From the human T2T-CHM13v2.0 reference genome, Homo sapiens, in the NCBI RefSeq assembly GCF_009914755.1, contig NC_060929.1: a stretch of 64,000 nt of DNA; one strand, given 5' to 3'. Position numbers and translations under genes: made by a program. Of this stretch, positions 31,951 to 47,130 are shown one piece after another. The notes beneath the pieces were generated by a model that was not told the origin of the DNA, did no database searches, and was given only the letters and a program-made list of their open reading frames with translations. The number at the start of each line of letters is the position of its first letter. The stretch's first letter is position 1.

Positions 31951-32559
31951 AATTAATTTTATCTACACCCAGAAGTAGTTAAAATTCGAAGGACCTTTAT
32001 TAGGAATCCATGTCCACAGGGTCTTCAAATATCCAGTTGCTTATCTAGAATAAAGAATGTTGGAGATCATTTTTCTTTGGTGAAATGAGTGTTGCCCAAG
32101 AACTGAAGGGGGGCAGATAGACTGTACAGACACCGAGGTCCTCTCTGTCTGGTGCATTTCCAGCCACCTGGTTGTACTATGAGGTCAGTTAAATTTGCCA
32201 TGAGAATATGCTGCATACACTGTGGAGTGAATCTTTCCAGAAAAATACTTCTCATGACAGACAGCTAGGACTTCACTTATTTTATAGGCACTCATAACTG
32301 TTTGCGTCTGTTTGTTATTAAGTGAAATCCTCCCCCCACCCATTTGCTAACATATGTCGTACATGTAGCAAAATTCAATCTGTGACTCATTTTCCTTATA
32401 CCCTACTATCCAGTAGTGAAGCTGTGGAGGGAGAAATACATAGTTCCCACCTCCCCAATCTCCCCCCGATATTTACCAAAAGAAACTTGTAATTGGTGAA
32501 TGGTCAGATTGTCTTAGATCAGTTTGCAACACTTCCAAAATTATGCATTGCATCCTTCA

Positions 32560-32943
32560 GTACTGGGTTCCAGATACGTAAGTGTGGAAGACTTTACTAC
32601 CACCAGCCTTTGACGTTTGGCATGGCCATGCGACTGGTTCTGGCCAAGGAGTTGTGAGGTGAAGTGACAGGTGTCACTTCCATTCCAAAGAAGTTCATTG
32701 CTGGTCTCAACACTCCACCCCTCCTGTAGTGAGCCCTGAAGCATGGCATTGAGAAGCTGCCTAAGAAGGAGGCAGATCCATCAGCCTGGGTGCCCGACTG
32801 ATTACCCTGAGCAGAGCTCCCCAGCCCACCTGTGATGGACGCATGGAGCTTGAGCAAGGAATAAATATTCGTTGCTGTAAGTCACTGGGACTGGGAGGTT
32901 GCTTGTGGTTGTAGCATAATTCAGCCTGTCCTGCTTGACTGCA
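32560..32943 (+). mobile_element. MLT1J-like solo LTR
   Basis: catggccatgcgactggttctggccaa...gaagtgacaggtgtcacttc...gaataaatattcgttgctgtaagtcactg...gtagcataa. Confidence 0.7.
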
Positions 32944-33997
32944 AAAGTAAGCACATTCAAGCATGGCCCTCGACTCAGAATTGCCAGTCAAGTGGGGAAG
33001 TTCAGCCTTAATTAGACCATAAAAACAAAAATAAAAAGAACAATTGCAAACTGATTGCAAACTGATGATAATGCATGGTCTGGGTAAGTCAGAGAAAAAT
33101 CAAATTCAGGTGAAAACCCGCAAAGAGATGGTGGTTTCTCTGGCAGAAGCAACACCAATGCAATGGCCCGGGAGCGCAAAGACCCTGTGGGGTGTTCATC
33201 CACCAATCACCGGGTGCCTCTGCCCTTCCAGCCCCACTAAAGTGAGGAAACAAGGGCCATAGGAGAAGCCACATCTGCCTGAGACCCCTGCTGTCTGGGG
33301 TCCTGGGTGCCTGGGCTCTAGACTGTCCACTCCCTTTGAGCAGCTCATGGCCTGAGAGGTGGCCCCAAAGCCCTCGCACATCTAGTCCCGCAGGATCCTG
33401 CTCCTGCAAGTTTTCACTGAGGGAACTCTGCCAATGTAATAGTTTTAACTGCAACAGAAAGTTGTTATACATATATGATAATAATAGCACTTTTAATAAT
33501 AGTACTTTTCTTTGTGCTTTCAAGTTTACAAAGCACTTCCATCTATTTAAAAAACTTTTGCAGTATTAAATACCCTCCAGCAGCTTCCTAGCTTGTTTAG
33601 AATAAAATGCACATTCCTGAGCATGACGCAGGAGGCCCTGCTTCCCCCCCCGCCCCGCCATGTGGGCTCTGCTTCCCCACCGCCATGTCCTCCGCTAAGA
33701 CAGGGCTGCCTTGCTGTTCCTCACCCCACCCGCCTACCCCATGCATCCACCCAGAGCCTTCCTACGACATCCATTCCGTACACATTGCAGGATGCCCTTT
33801 GCTCTTCTCCTTTGGCTCAAACCTCATTTCTTCAAAGAGATGTTTCCTTGCCATGAAATTAAGTTATTCCCCCATTCCAATAGCCCTCTCTACAAATCCC
33901 CTATTGCATCATTTTCATCACAGTTGCCACCATTTAGTGTGAATCATTTATTTCTTGATTGGTTGCTTCCCTGACAGAGCTGGGAAATAATGAAGAC

Positions 33998-34303
33998 TTA
34001 TTTGTTTATTTATTTTTGAGATGGAGTCTTGCTCTGTTGCCCAGGCTGGAGTACAGTGGCAAGATCTCAGCTTACTCCATGCAACCTCCGCCTCCTGGGT
34101 TCAAGCAAGTATCCCGCCTCAGCCTCCCGAGTAGCTGGGATTACAGGTGCCCGCAACCACGCCCGGCTAATTTTTGTAATTTTAATAGAGACGCGGTTTT
34201 GCCATGTTGACCAGGCTGGTCTCGAACTCCTGACCTCAAGTGATCCACCTGCCCCAGCCTCCCAAAGTGCTGGGATTACAGGCATGAGCCACTGCACCCA
34301 GCC
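33998..34303 (-). mobile_element. AluSx/Sz-like
   Basis: Full reverse dimer with (TTTA) tail. Confidence 0.95.
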
Positions 34304-36219
34304 AGAGATTTATTCTTATAAACTCAATGCCTAGGATAGCTCATTGGACTGTCACCCTTTGAGGGATATATTTATTTCCATTTTTGCTTGTGGAGAAAGT
34401 GGAGTGAAGAAGTTTGAGCAAGGTCCTAGGGCTAACAGTAGAGCGGAAGTGATTCCAGATCTTGCAGCCCCTGAGCCTGTGGCTTTTCCCCACCCAGCCA
34501 AGTCAAGCCAAGCCAAGTCTTGCCATCCAGTGTGCTTCTGTGTCACAGAGAACAGCAGACAGCCACATTGCAAGGGGGCTGATGAACTAACTAATTCACA
34601 CTCAAAGGTGAGTGTCTAAAGGTCGCTTTTCTGCAGCCCTTCCCAGGAGGAACTGGGATTTTAACAAAGGAGTGAGAGGAGCAGCGTGGGCCTCAGCATA
34701 GAGGACTTTAAGCCTAGTTCTGACAAAGTCACTTTCAAAGTGAGGGTCATTGTTACCTGGGAGCCATTTCATGGGACTTTAATCAGTGCCCAGGTCAGAG
34801 CAGTGACATCCTGGCCTGTCCCCGAAAAGCCTGGGTGGCCTCAAGGCCCAGACTGCTCACCCACCAAAGGCCTCCAATTTAGACTCCTCAGCAAACACAA
34901 CACCTGTGTCACATGGATTATACGAAGAGGACGCCCACTTCAAAGTTTTCATTCAGCATCCCCCATCCGGATCACACTTCATATTTCCAAAAAGAAAGCT
35001 ACTCCTTTTCTTACGCATAGTACAACTTGATTACACTGTAATATTCTTGGCTATTAGCATGCATTGTAAATTATTATCACCGTATTTGTAACTCTGATTT
35101 GGCATCTCTTCACTTTTTAATATGCCCAGGCTCTTAAAAAGTCACTCCTTTTCTGCAAGGACCAAAAAGAAAATGGAAAAGTGGAATATGAAATGATTTG
35201 GGGTGCCCCCTTTTAGTCTTTGTGAAAAATCCCTGGGCATCTGGAGTGAGAAATGAGCATGCATTTTATAGAGGGGCGGTCAGGCAGGCCCCACCCAAGA
35301 AGGGCTTGTTTTACATCACAGGGGACCAAGGGCCAGGATTAGAACCCGGCCTCACTCGAACCCTTTCAAGGATCTTTGAAATCTCTTTCTTACAGTCCTG
35401 AGAACCCCACTGCGGATGAGAACAAACGTTTGTTCGGCTGACCCTTTCTCAGATCCCGCCCACTGAGAAGTGACAGTCCCTCCTCTCCCCGCCTCTCCCT
35501 GACCCCCAGCTCTCCGCGGCGGGATCTGAGCCCTCTCCTGCTGGACTTGTGGTACTTGCTGAACAATCTCGTGTTGTTGTCTGCCTGCTGGGAGAGAACA
35601 CTGATAAGAGAGGCGATTAGGTGACTAAATCTGCTGGCTGCCCTTACACAATGCCAGCAGGTAACTCATTTGAAGCTTAATGGCTGGATTTAGTCATAAA
35701 GGAGGCCTGCAGAGGGAGTGATGTCAGAAGTGCAGGAGATTGGAGGCGGAATCAGGGCTTCCAACCGATAGATGGAAAGAGATTGTCAGCAAGATGTAGA
35801 AATGTGTTTGTGTGTAAGAACACAGCACATTGTGCACCTTCACATATGTGTGTAAGAGAGAGAGAACCAAAGAACCCAAGGGCTGAAAAAGCCTTGGTGA
35901 TTCTAGTTCCAGCTACCTTATTTTATAGATGGGGAAACTGAGGAAAGGGCTTGTGCAAGATCCGGCTTCTGGGAGTCCTGTTCTCTATCACAGCAGGAAG
36001 TGGAATTATTCTGGTATTATTTACTTGCCACTTTTCATCTCCAGGAGTCATAGCCATTTTTATCTCTCCCTGTGTATCTGTTTGCCCCTGGGGGTAGCAC
36101 TGTGCCTGAGGTCTGGCTGCTGAGAAATGAAACACTCCTAATGTGCGGATGGAGGCACAGTCACCGCAGGGCCAGGCAGTAAGATGCATCATTGAATAGG
36201 GAAGCCCATAGGGTGTGCA

Positions 36220-36520
36220 GCGTTTGGGAATGGTGGGGACTGTGGCTTGCACGCAAGAATACACTCGGTTTCAGAGGGACAGCTGCCACTTAGTGCCAGG
36301 CAGATTTAGCCTTGGAAAATGCAAACCCAGTTTTGCTAGACCTTAGGAATTTCAAAAGAATCTTGTTCAAGTGAGGAACAAGATTTTTTTTTTCTAGGCA
36401 AAGTCTCTGATTTTTTTTAATGTAGGTAAATGTTTAAATGTTTTGTTTTTCAATACTTTGGATCAATCAACACATCTGCAGTCAGGATGGGGCCCATAGC
36501 CCTCAGCTGGTGACCACTGA
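36220..36520 (-). mobile_element. MER102-like relic
   Basis: ggaatggtggggactgtggc...cacatctgcagtcaggatggggcccatagcc...gaccactg. Confidence 0.6.
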
Positions 36521-36619
36521 TCATTTTATCGATGGGAACACTGAAGTCCAGAAAGAAGAACCAAAACTTGGGTCTCATGCTTCCCTGTACTGGGGAATTT
36601 TTTTCTACTGCATTGCACA

Positions 36620-37449
36620 GTATGTGTGTGTGTATGTGTGTGTGTGAGAGAGAGAGAGAGAGAAGAAAGAGAGAGTGTATGTGTGTGAGAGAGAGAGAGA
36701 AGAAAGACAGAGAGACAGTGTGTGTGTGTGTGTGAGAGAGAGAGAGAAGAAAGACAGAGAGACAGAGTGTGTGTGTGTGTGAGAGAGAGAAGAAAGAGAG
36801 ACAGTGTGTGTGTGTGTGTGAGAGAGAAGAGAGACTGTGTGTGTGTGTGAGAGAGAGAAGACAGAGAGACAGAGCGTGTGTGTGTGAGAGAGAGAGAGAG
36901 AAGACAGAGAGACAGAGTGTGTGTGTGAGAGAAGAAAGAGAGACAGAGTGTGTGTGTGTGTGTGTGAGAGAGAAGAGAGACTGTGTGTGTGTGTGAGAGA
37001 GAGAAGACAGAGAGACAGAGTGTGTGTGTGTGAGAGAGAGAGAGAGAAGACAGAGAGACAGAGTGTGTGTGTGTGTGTGTGAGAGAAGAAAGACAGAGAG
37101 ACAGAGAGAGTGTGTGTGTGTGTGTGTGAGAAAGAAGACAGAGTGTGTGTGTGTGTGTGAGAGAGAAGAAAGAGAGACAGAGTGTGTGTGTGAGAGAGAG
37201 AGAGAGAGAAGACAGACAGTGTGTGTGTGTGTGAGAGAGAGAGAGAAGACAGAGAGACAGAGTGTGTGTGTGTGTGAGAGAGAGAGAAGAAAGAGAGACA
37301 GAGTGTGTGCATGTGTGTGTGAGAGAGAAGAAAGAGAGACAGAGTGTGTGTGTGAGAGAGAGAAGACAGAGAGACAGAGTGTGTGTGTGTGTGTGAGAAG
37401 AAAGACAGAGAGACAGAGTGTGTGTGTGTGTGAGAGAGAGAGAAGAGAG

Positions 37450-37494
<45 letters not shown>
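36620..37494. repeat. Compound micro/minisatellite, ~22 units of [(GT)n(GA)m AGAA(A)GA(C/G)AGAGAGACAGA], ~40 bp each, ending in (GT)20
   Basis: Read directly; 22 GT blocks counted. Confidence 0.97.
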
Positions 37495-37497
<3 letters not shown>

Positions 37498-38710
37498 CAC
37501 ATCTATGTAGGCACAATCTGATGAAAAACCAGAGCTCTACATAACAATACTCCTGACCATTCATGGTACAATGTGATCTTTACCCACATAATCTGCACAG
37601 CAGCCACTGGCCATAAACATTTCTGTGTTTGCTCACTCCTCACTGCAGACTGTATGTGTATCTGTCATTCATCACTTCACAGGCTCCTTTACATGTATTT
37701 TATCCTTTCTATCCCTAACACTGGGACAAGGAGCCTTAAGTAATATTGTCCTACCCATTGGGCAGATGAGAAGACTGAGGTCTACAGTGGTACATGGACC
37801 AGCCCAAGGTCACATGGGGAGTGAAAGGCAGAGATGGAATTCAGACCCCAGTCTCTCAGGCAGGTGTTCTCCTTCCCATACCACTCTGCATCTTTATTTT
37901 TCTGCTTCCTAACAAACAGGGCCTGTTTCTTCTCCTTCCTGTTTTTGGTTCTTTCAAACATCCTGAGCACGTGAGCCCGGGATCCTCCTTAAGCCCTAGG
38001 GAGACAAAAACTCCCCTGGAGAAACTGGGAGGCAGCAGGACTGAAAGAGAGTGAAGAGAAAATCCAGGCCTTTTCCTTCTCGTGGCCTTGGAGCACAGTT
38101 TCAGCATTCTCCATCATCTTCCTGGAGGAGTAGGACCTGGTTGAAGAAAAAGAGACCCTAATTTTAAATCTTTAATGCCTCCTCACTTCTATAACGACCT
38201 AAAGCTGAAGCTGAACTTCAATAGCATAAATTATCCACAAAATTCTAAATATTTTCAAAATCTGTGCAAAATCTCGGCATGAAGTCCCCAAGGACAGGCA
38301 CCTGGCCATCTCACTTTTAGTATATTCTCAGAATCTTGGACAGAGCCTGGCATATAACAGCTGCTCAATAAATATAAAGGAGGAAGAAGGAAGGAAGGAA
38401 ATAAAGAAAAGAGAAGAGGGAAGGAGGGAAGGAAGGAGGGAAGAAAAGATGGAGAAAGAAGGAAAGGAAACATATGTATGTCAGCCCAATCCTTAGAATT
38501 AAACCTTCCAGAATTAAGGCAGCAACTGGGTGCCTGCAAATGTCTAGAGTGTTGTGGATAATTCATTGCAAAGAATTCCAACTTCAGTTATGGGCCAGAG
38601 ACAGGTGGCAGTGGAGAGCAATGAAGAGTTAAGATTTTATGACCTCAATCCTAACTGTGCCGCTGACCTTGGATGAGTTATTTTATCTTTCTGAGCTTCA
38701 ATTTAGCAAC

Positions 38711-39118
38711 TGTGTTTGTTTTCTATTGTTGCCATTAAAAAATTATCACAAACTTAGTGGCTTAAAACAATACACATTTATACACTTAGAGTTCTGGAGC
38801 GCAGGAGTCTGAAATGGTAAGCATTCCTCCTGGAGGCTGTGGGGCAGAATGCGTTCTCTTGCCTTTTCCAGCTTCTAGAAGCTGCCTGTGTTGTCCGTCT
38901 TGTAATCCTGCATATCTCCAACCTCTGCTTCCATTGTCACATCTTCGATTCTGCCCCTCCTGTCTGCCTCTTCTAGGGACTCTGATTACACTGGACCTAT
39001 CCAAGATCTGAGATCATCAACTCATCTCAAAATCCTTAAGCTGACCACAGCAGCATCGTCCCTTTTGCAGTGTAAGGTAACGTATTCACAGGTTTTAGAT
39101 CATTTTCTGCCTACCACA
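38711..39118 (-). mobile_element. MLT1C/D-like solo LTR
   Basis: aaattatcacaaacttagtggcttaaaacaa...ttccagcttctagaagctgcc...tgtaaggtaacgtattcacagg...ctgcctaccaca. Confidence 0.85.
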
Positions 39119-39699
39119 TCCACCAAAACAATAAAAGATACCGTTTACCTTACGGGATTGTTCTGAATGTTAAACTGAAAAAAACGCATGTTCAGCACTA
39201 GACATGCAGGAAGAGATTTATAAATATAACTTCTTACCAGGTCTCAGAAATACAGATCTGTCCCTGCCTTGGGGGCCATATAATCCCATCCTTATCATAA
39301 AGATAAGTGGGAAACAGTATCAAAGGAATACTTGGAAGATAAACTCTCCCACATCTCACTCCCTGAGAGTGACTCTATTTACTGTTGCTTGCTTCCTTCT
39401 CATCTTCGCCCCAAAGCAGACACATTTGGCATAGCTGCAATAATAGTGTGCACGCCTTTTCATCAAACTTGTGTTCCTTTCACTTTTCGTGGACCTACTG
39501 ACCTTGTTCCATGTTGCTACACCGCCATGAAGTCATAACAAAGTGTCATGTGTAGAGAGGTCTTCACTTTCTATCATGCCATACCATCATTTTTTTGGCC
39601 ATCCCCTAGAGTTGGACAAGCTCAAGGTTATTCTAGTTTGTTTTTTATATAATTGTGTTTTTGCTGTTTGCAATAATGTTGCTAAGAATATCTTTATTG

Positions 39700-40680
<981 letters not shown>

Positions 40681-40761
40681 ATAAATTAAATCAATGAGTG
40701 AGTCATTAAGTGGAGCCCAGAGACAAGAGTTCATAAACGAGTGACTACATTAAAGGATGTA

Positions 40762-41159
40762 TGTGGTGAATGCTACAATGTGCCACCCAGATGTCCCTTT
40801 GGGAATAAAAGACCTACTAGCCAAGAGGCTGGCAGTGCCGCCTGCAGATCCTCAGCTCTCGGCTGAAGAAAGCCCCCTAGCCCTGTGTCCAGCCTCCTTC
40901 ACAGGAAAGCCCACATCGGATGATTGACCAGCATGGAGGTATAAAGGCCTGGCCTTCTGGGCCCAGTCAGGAGAGCTCTGGAGCTCCTCCCATGTTTAAA
41001 ACTCCCCTAGTAATGGCTGGGCCTTCACTGAGACTGTGTCACAGCTCCTTGTCTCCCTAAGCCCAATCCCACTTCCTTTCTCTCCCTTCCACTAGTGTTG
41101 ATTGCAAGATACTTCCTAATAAAGCTCCTGTCTGCTTCCCAGGGAGCCCAGCTGGGACA
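40762..41159 (+). mobile_element. LTR16C-like ERVL solo LTR
   Basis: TG...CA ends, TATAAA 40940-40945, AATAAA 41118-41123, gcccaatcccacttcc and tctgcttcccagggagccca motifs. Confidence 0.75.
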
Positions 41160-41869
41160 ATGTGTGAATCAACGCATGAAGGAGTGAGTGAGCAGCTAAC
41201 CAAATGAAAGAATACTCAGATATCTGGGGTACAGTTCCCTTCCAGGTTTGCACAGCATCTGCTGAAGTCTCCACTAGAAACTCAATGGAAGGTCCCCACC
41301 GGAAACTGAAAGTCTCCTAGAGTGGCTTTGAGTTGTGGTTTCACCCTCCCTGCAGATCCACAGGTGAGGTCAATACTTGACTCTAAGAGCTGGGAATGGC
41401 CATGGCAGCTGGGGGCATCTGGAGGCCCCGGTGTCCACCTCAACCTGACTTCTCAGCCCCCAGCCGGCCCAGCTTCCACCCTGAGAGCCACTCCCTCTTC
41501 CAACAACAGGCAGGAGAAGCGCAACAGAGACTGCCCCTTGGGAGACATTTTTAAAACAAATTTTTATTTAACCTTCTCTGTGACCCACAGGGTACATAGG
41601 TTCCTGAAATATACTCAATTTCTGTTTATTTAAAGAATGCTTGCCCATTTGGTGCTTGCTTGAGTAGAATCACTGTGATTATTCACTTCACTGTGAGCAT
41701 TCACCTGGCAGGATTTGCCGGGCATGCTTAGTTCTCAAAAGATTTTTTTTTTTCTCATTTTTTTTTCTTTGTCATGTTTCTATTTTTAGGGGAGGCTGGG
41801 GCAGATGGAAAATACCAACTTGATGGTCTGTGGCCACACCATGCTGCTCCCCAAGGCCCCTCAGAATTT

Positions 41870-43015
<1,146 letters not shown>

Positions 43016-43507
43016 TAATGACATCCTCTTTTCTTCCCCATTCGTCCCCTCCTTTTTCATTTGGTCTGCTGTCGTGCTGTCTGCTGCAAGCCAGGAAGCA
43101 CACTGCAGACCAACTGTTTCCCCTGCTGCATTTGCCATGGCTTCCAATTCTGCTCTCGTTGTTTTTGTCTAGCGTTCAAAAGGTGTCAGGAAAGGCAGGG
43201 GGTTGCTGAGGCCAGCGTGGGTGTTTGTGGGATGCCAGACACCTGGGCTGCTGGAAAACTTTTGCAGCAACTCTGATTTCTTCTCTTCTCAGTTTCCATC
43301 CAGCTGTTTGGCATTGGATACTGCTGCCTCTGCTTGACTTGAGAGTGTGTGAGAAAAGCTGTGTTTAGACAACTGAAAACCATGAGCTTGAAAGTAGTGG
43401 GGGCACACTCTTGGAGACTCCAGTTGCTCACCAGCTTGGACAAACCACTGGACTCAAATGATCAGGTAGAAATTCATCACTGGAGAGAACACAGTGGAAT
43501 GGCTTCA

Positions 43508-43850
<343 letters not shown>

Positions 43851-43990
43851 TACTTGCCCCGGCTTTTTGTGTGATGGACTTTCTATTTACAGACGTGATA
43901 TTTATCTATGACTTTACTCAGAGTCTGGCTCATAGACCAGAAGGACTGGTATCTCCTGGAGCTTGCAGAAAATGCAAAATCTCAAACCCC

Positions 43991-44447
43991 TGTATTAGTC
44001 AGGGTTCTCCAGAGAAGTAGAGCCAATGGGATAGAGACAGGGATAGGGATGATAGAGATGGAGATAGAGGTAGAGATCCATTGATTCCTCTGTTAATAAA
44101 TTGGCTCATGCAGTTGTGACAATTTCGAAATCTGCAAGGTATGTCAGCAAGCTGGAGACCCAGGGAACAGTTGATGTTGCACCTTGAGTACAAAGGCAGT
44201 GTGTCTGGAGCCATAATATCTTCTTGTTAGGAAGACTTTGGTCTTTTCTCTTCTGGCCTTCAACTGCTTGGGTGAGGCCCGTCCCCACTACAGAAGACAA
44301 TAGTCTGTTCTACTCAGAGTCTACTGATTTAAATGCTCATCTCATCCCAAAAAATACCCTCACAGCAACATTTAGCCTGTGCATTTGACCAAACAACTGG
44401 GTACCATGCCCCCCCTCCCAAGTTGACACACAAAATTGACCATCATA
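43991..44447 (-). mobile_element. MLT2 (ERVL) solo LTR inserted in a MER5-like element
   Basis: tgtattagtcagggttctccagagaa ... aagttgacacacaaaattgaccatca; MER5-like sequence on both sides. Confidence 0.85.
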
Positions 44448-45149
44448 CCCTCCCCACCCCCAGTCTTACTGAATGAGAGAGAATCTGTGCTTCAACAAGA
44501 TCCCCAGAAGAGGTATAAGCGCAGGGAAGTCTGAGAAGCACCACCTTTGAGGCTTATCCAGGATGCCCACATGAGCCTTCTCTGGATATGTCAGATCCCC
44601 TTCCTGGCCCCCTAGACACCTCCTCCACTCCCCAAACTTGGAAGCAACATTGTGGGGAAGCAGGCAGTGAGGCGCTCAGTCTACCACGTTGTGAGATACA
44701 CAGCTCCATCTGTGTATCATGATTTGATCCAAGGGAAAACAAAAGATCCAGAAACATAAGTACTTTTTTGTGAGCTCTCAAAAACTTCCTGTGACAAGAT
44801 CAGGTCGTTGATGCGAGAGCCACACTTGTTTCTTTTTCCTCTTTATTCTCCACCTCTGACATAATACTTAGCATAAAAAAAAATCCAATAAACACCACTG
44901 AATCAATTATCTAAGCCTCAGTTTCCCTCTTGTAATATGTACTTACCTGGTTGTGGTAGGAAAGACACCAGGCATGAGAAACACTTAAAAGCCCAGGACC
45001 CTGAGCTGGGCACATGGTAGGTACTCAGGAAGTCATTGCCGAGTGTTCAGTGCATGCTTGTTGAATGAGTAAATGAGGTCAGGCTTCAGCATGCAAACAC
45101 TCGCTATAAAGCAGGAACCCTGTGCCCTGAGTGCACAAAATAGATATCG

Positions 45150-46110
45150 GTGAGTGCATATGGGGGCAGTGAGTGTATGGATTGGATATAGGTGGGTGTA
45201 TATGGTGAGGAGTATGGATTGGATACAGGTGGGTGTATACAGAGGGGAGTGAGTGTATGGATTGGATACAGGTGGGTGCATATGCGGGGGGGGTGGCGTG
45301 AGTTTAAGAATTGGATACAGGTGGGTGCATTTGGGGGCGTGAGTGTATGCATTGGATACAGGTGGGTGTATATGGGAGGGTAAGCGTGTGGATTGGATAT
45401 AGGTGGGTGCATATGGGAGGGTGAGTATATCGATTGGATATAGATGGGTGCATATGGGAGGGTGAGCGTATGGATTGGATACAGGTAGGTGCATATGGAA
45501 GGGTGAGTGTATGGATTGGATACAGGTGGGTGCATATGGGGGGAGTGAGTTTATGAACTGGATACAGGTGGGTGAATTTGGGGGAGTGAGTGTATGGATT
45601 GGATACAGGTGGGTGCATATGGGAGGGTGAGCATATGGATTGGATATAGGTGGGTGCATATGGGAGGGTGAGCATATGGATTGGATATAGATGGGTGCAT
45701 ATGGGAGGGTGAGCGTATGGATTGGATACAGGTGGGTGCATATGGGAAGGTGAGCGTATGAACTGGATATAGGTGGGTGCACATGGGAGGGTGAGTGTAT
45801 GGATTGGATATAGGTGGGTGCATATGGGAGGGTGAGCATATGGATTGGATATAGGTGGGTGCATATGGGAGGGTGAGTGTATGGATTGGATATAGGTGGG
45901 TATATATGGGAGAGTGAGCATATGGATTGGATATAGGTGGGTGCATATGGGGGACAGTGAATGTCTGGATTGGATACAGGTGGGTGCATATTGGGGGAGT
46001 GAGTGTCTGGATTAGATACAGGTGGATGCACATGGGAGGAATGAGTGTACAGAACGAATACAGGTGGATGCATATATTGGGAGTGAGTATACAGAGAGGA
46101 TACAGGTGGA
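45150..46110. repeat. 41-bp G-rich minisatellite, ~23 copies
   Basis: Unit gtgagtgtatggattggata(c/t)aggtgggtgcatatgggagg, e.g. at 45791 and 45832; degenerate at both ends. Confidence 0.98.
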
Positions 46111-46425
46111 TTGAGTTGTTACAACCAACGACAGGAAGCACATGCAAGGCTCTAGGCATTGCACAAAGCACTCCATAGGCAAAATCACACTGGCGCCAAT
46201 AGCAATCCTGGGAGATGTACTCATTATTAATAATATTGTTGTCATTTTATAGAGAAGGAACACAGGCTCAGACATCAGTGCCATATCTGAAGACATTCAG
46301 CTAATAACAGGATGGAGTCCAATCTGGTAATGCTTTTTTTCTAACTTTAAGATCTCCTACCACTCCTTTCTTTTTGAAAGGAGATAGAAGTGAGATAGAG
46401 AAAACAGAGACAGAGAGAGTGTGTA

Positions 46426-46497
46426 CACACCTGTGCCTGGGTGTCTTTGCTGGTGTGTGCACACCTGTGCCTGGGTGTCTTTGCTGGTGTGTGCACA
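46426..46497. repeat. Perfect two-copy 34-bp tandem repeat
   Basis: cacacctgtgcctgggtgtctttgctggtgtgtg at 46426 and 46460. Confidence 0.95.
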
Positions 46498-46639
46498 TGT
46501 GTCTACATGTGTGGTCGTGAGAGTACACACAGGGGCTGGAGGGTGGGGAAGGGCTTAATCTAATCCTGAAAGTGCCAGCAGAACTCTTGGGTGTCCCTCA
46601 AAGTCAAGCTTCTTTCCAGGTCATCGAAGTTTTCACTTG

Positions 46640-47130
46640 GGTAATAATGCACGCATAATTAACTGAACAAATATAATGAATCTATCTGTAGTGACATGAT
46701 AGTTGGTGCTGAATCCTATTAGAGCACATTTAATTAAAAATGCATTAAACCTTCAAGCTTCTAAACACACCCTGCGCTTCTTCAAAGCCGCCCCTCCGTT
46801 AAAGTCTTCCCCACTATTAACTATGAGTCAGCCTGTGACCCTTTGGGCATGACGGGGTGAGGTGAAGTGGCTCTTAAATGCCTGTGCCAGTATATCACAG
46901 GCACTAATGGATTTAAATCAGGGAGATTAATTCCATTCATTCGGCTCCTCATTTCAGAAACAACTGTCACGCTGAGCCTAATTGCTGAAGATGGTTGAAG
47001 GCACCAGGAGGCTGGAGTTTCCTGGAGGTGGTTTGTGGCCAACCGTCAATTACTTGGGCTGCTGTGCAGTGGGGATAGAAGGATGATTAGAATCCACAGA
47101 CAACCCATTGGCCTTTGTTTACCATTAACT
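46640..47130. promoter_or_regulatory. Candidate enhancer
   Basis: Many TAAT/ATTA cores (TAATTAA twice, TAATGG, CTAATTG, CAATTA), TGAGTCA 46824; motif evidence only. Confidence 0.35.

Noticed and set aside
36450-37564. 319-350 aa ORFs in three minus-strand frames
   Set aside because: Translation of a stop-poor (CA)/(CT) repeat; low complexity, no coding evidence.
45150-46110. CRISPR-like regular repeats
   Set aside because: Contiguous tandem units with no unique spacers, no cas genes, primate context.
45033-46171. 346-aa Pro/His-rich ORF and overlapping ORFs
   Set aside because: Product of the 41-bp minisatellite; all frames cycle through the same peptides.
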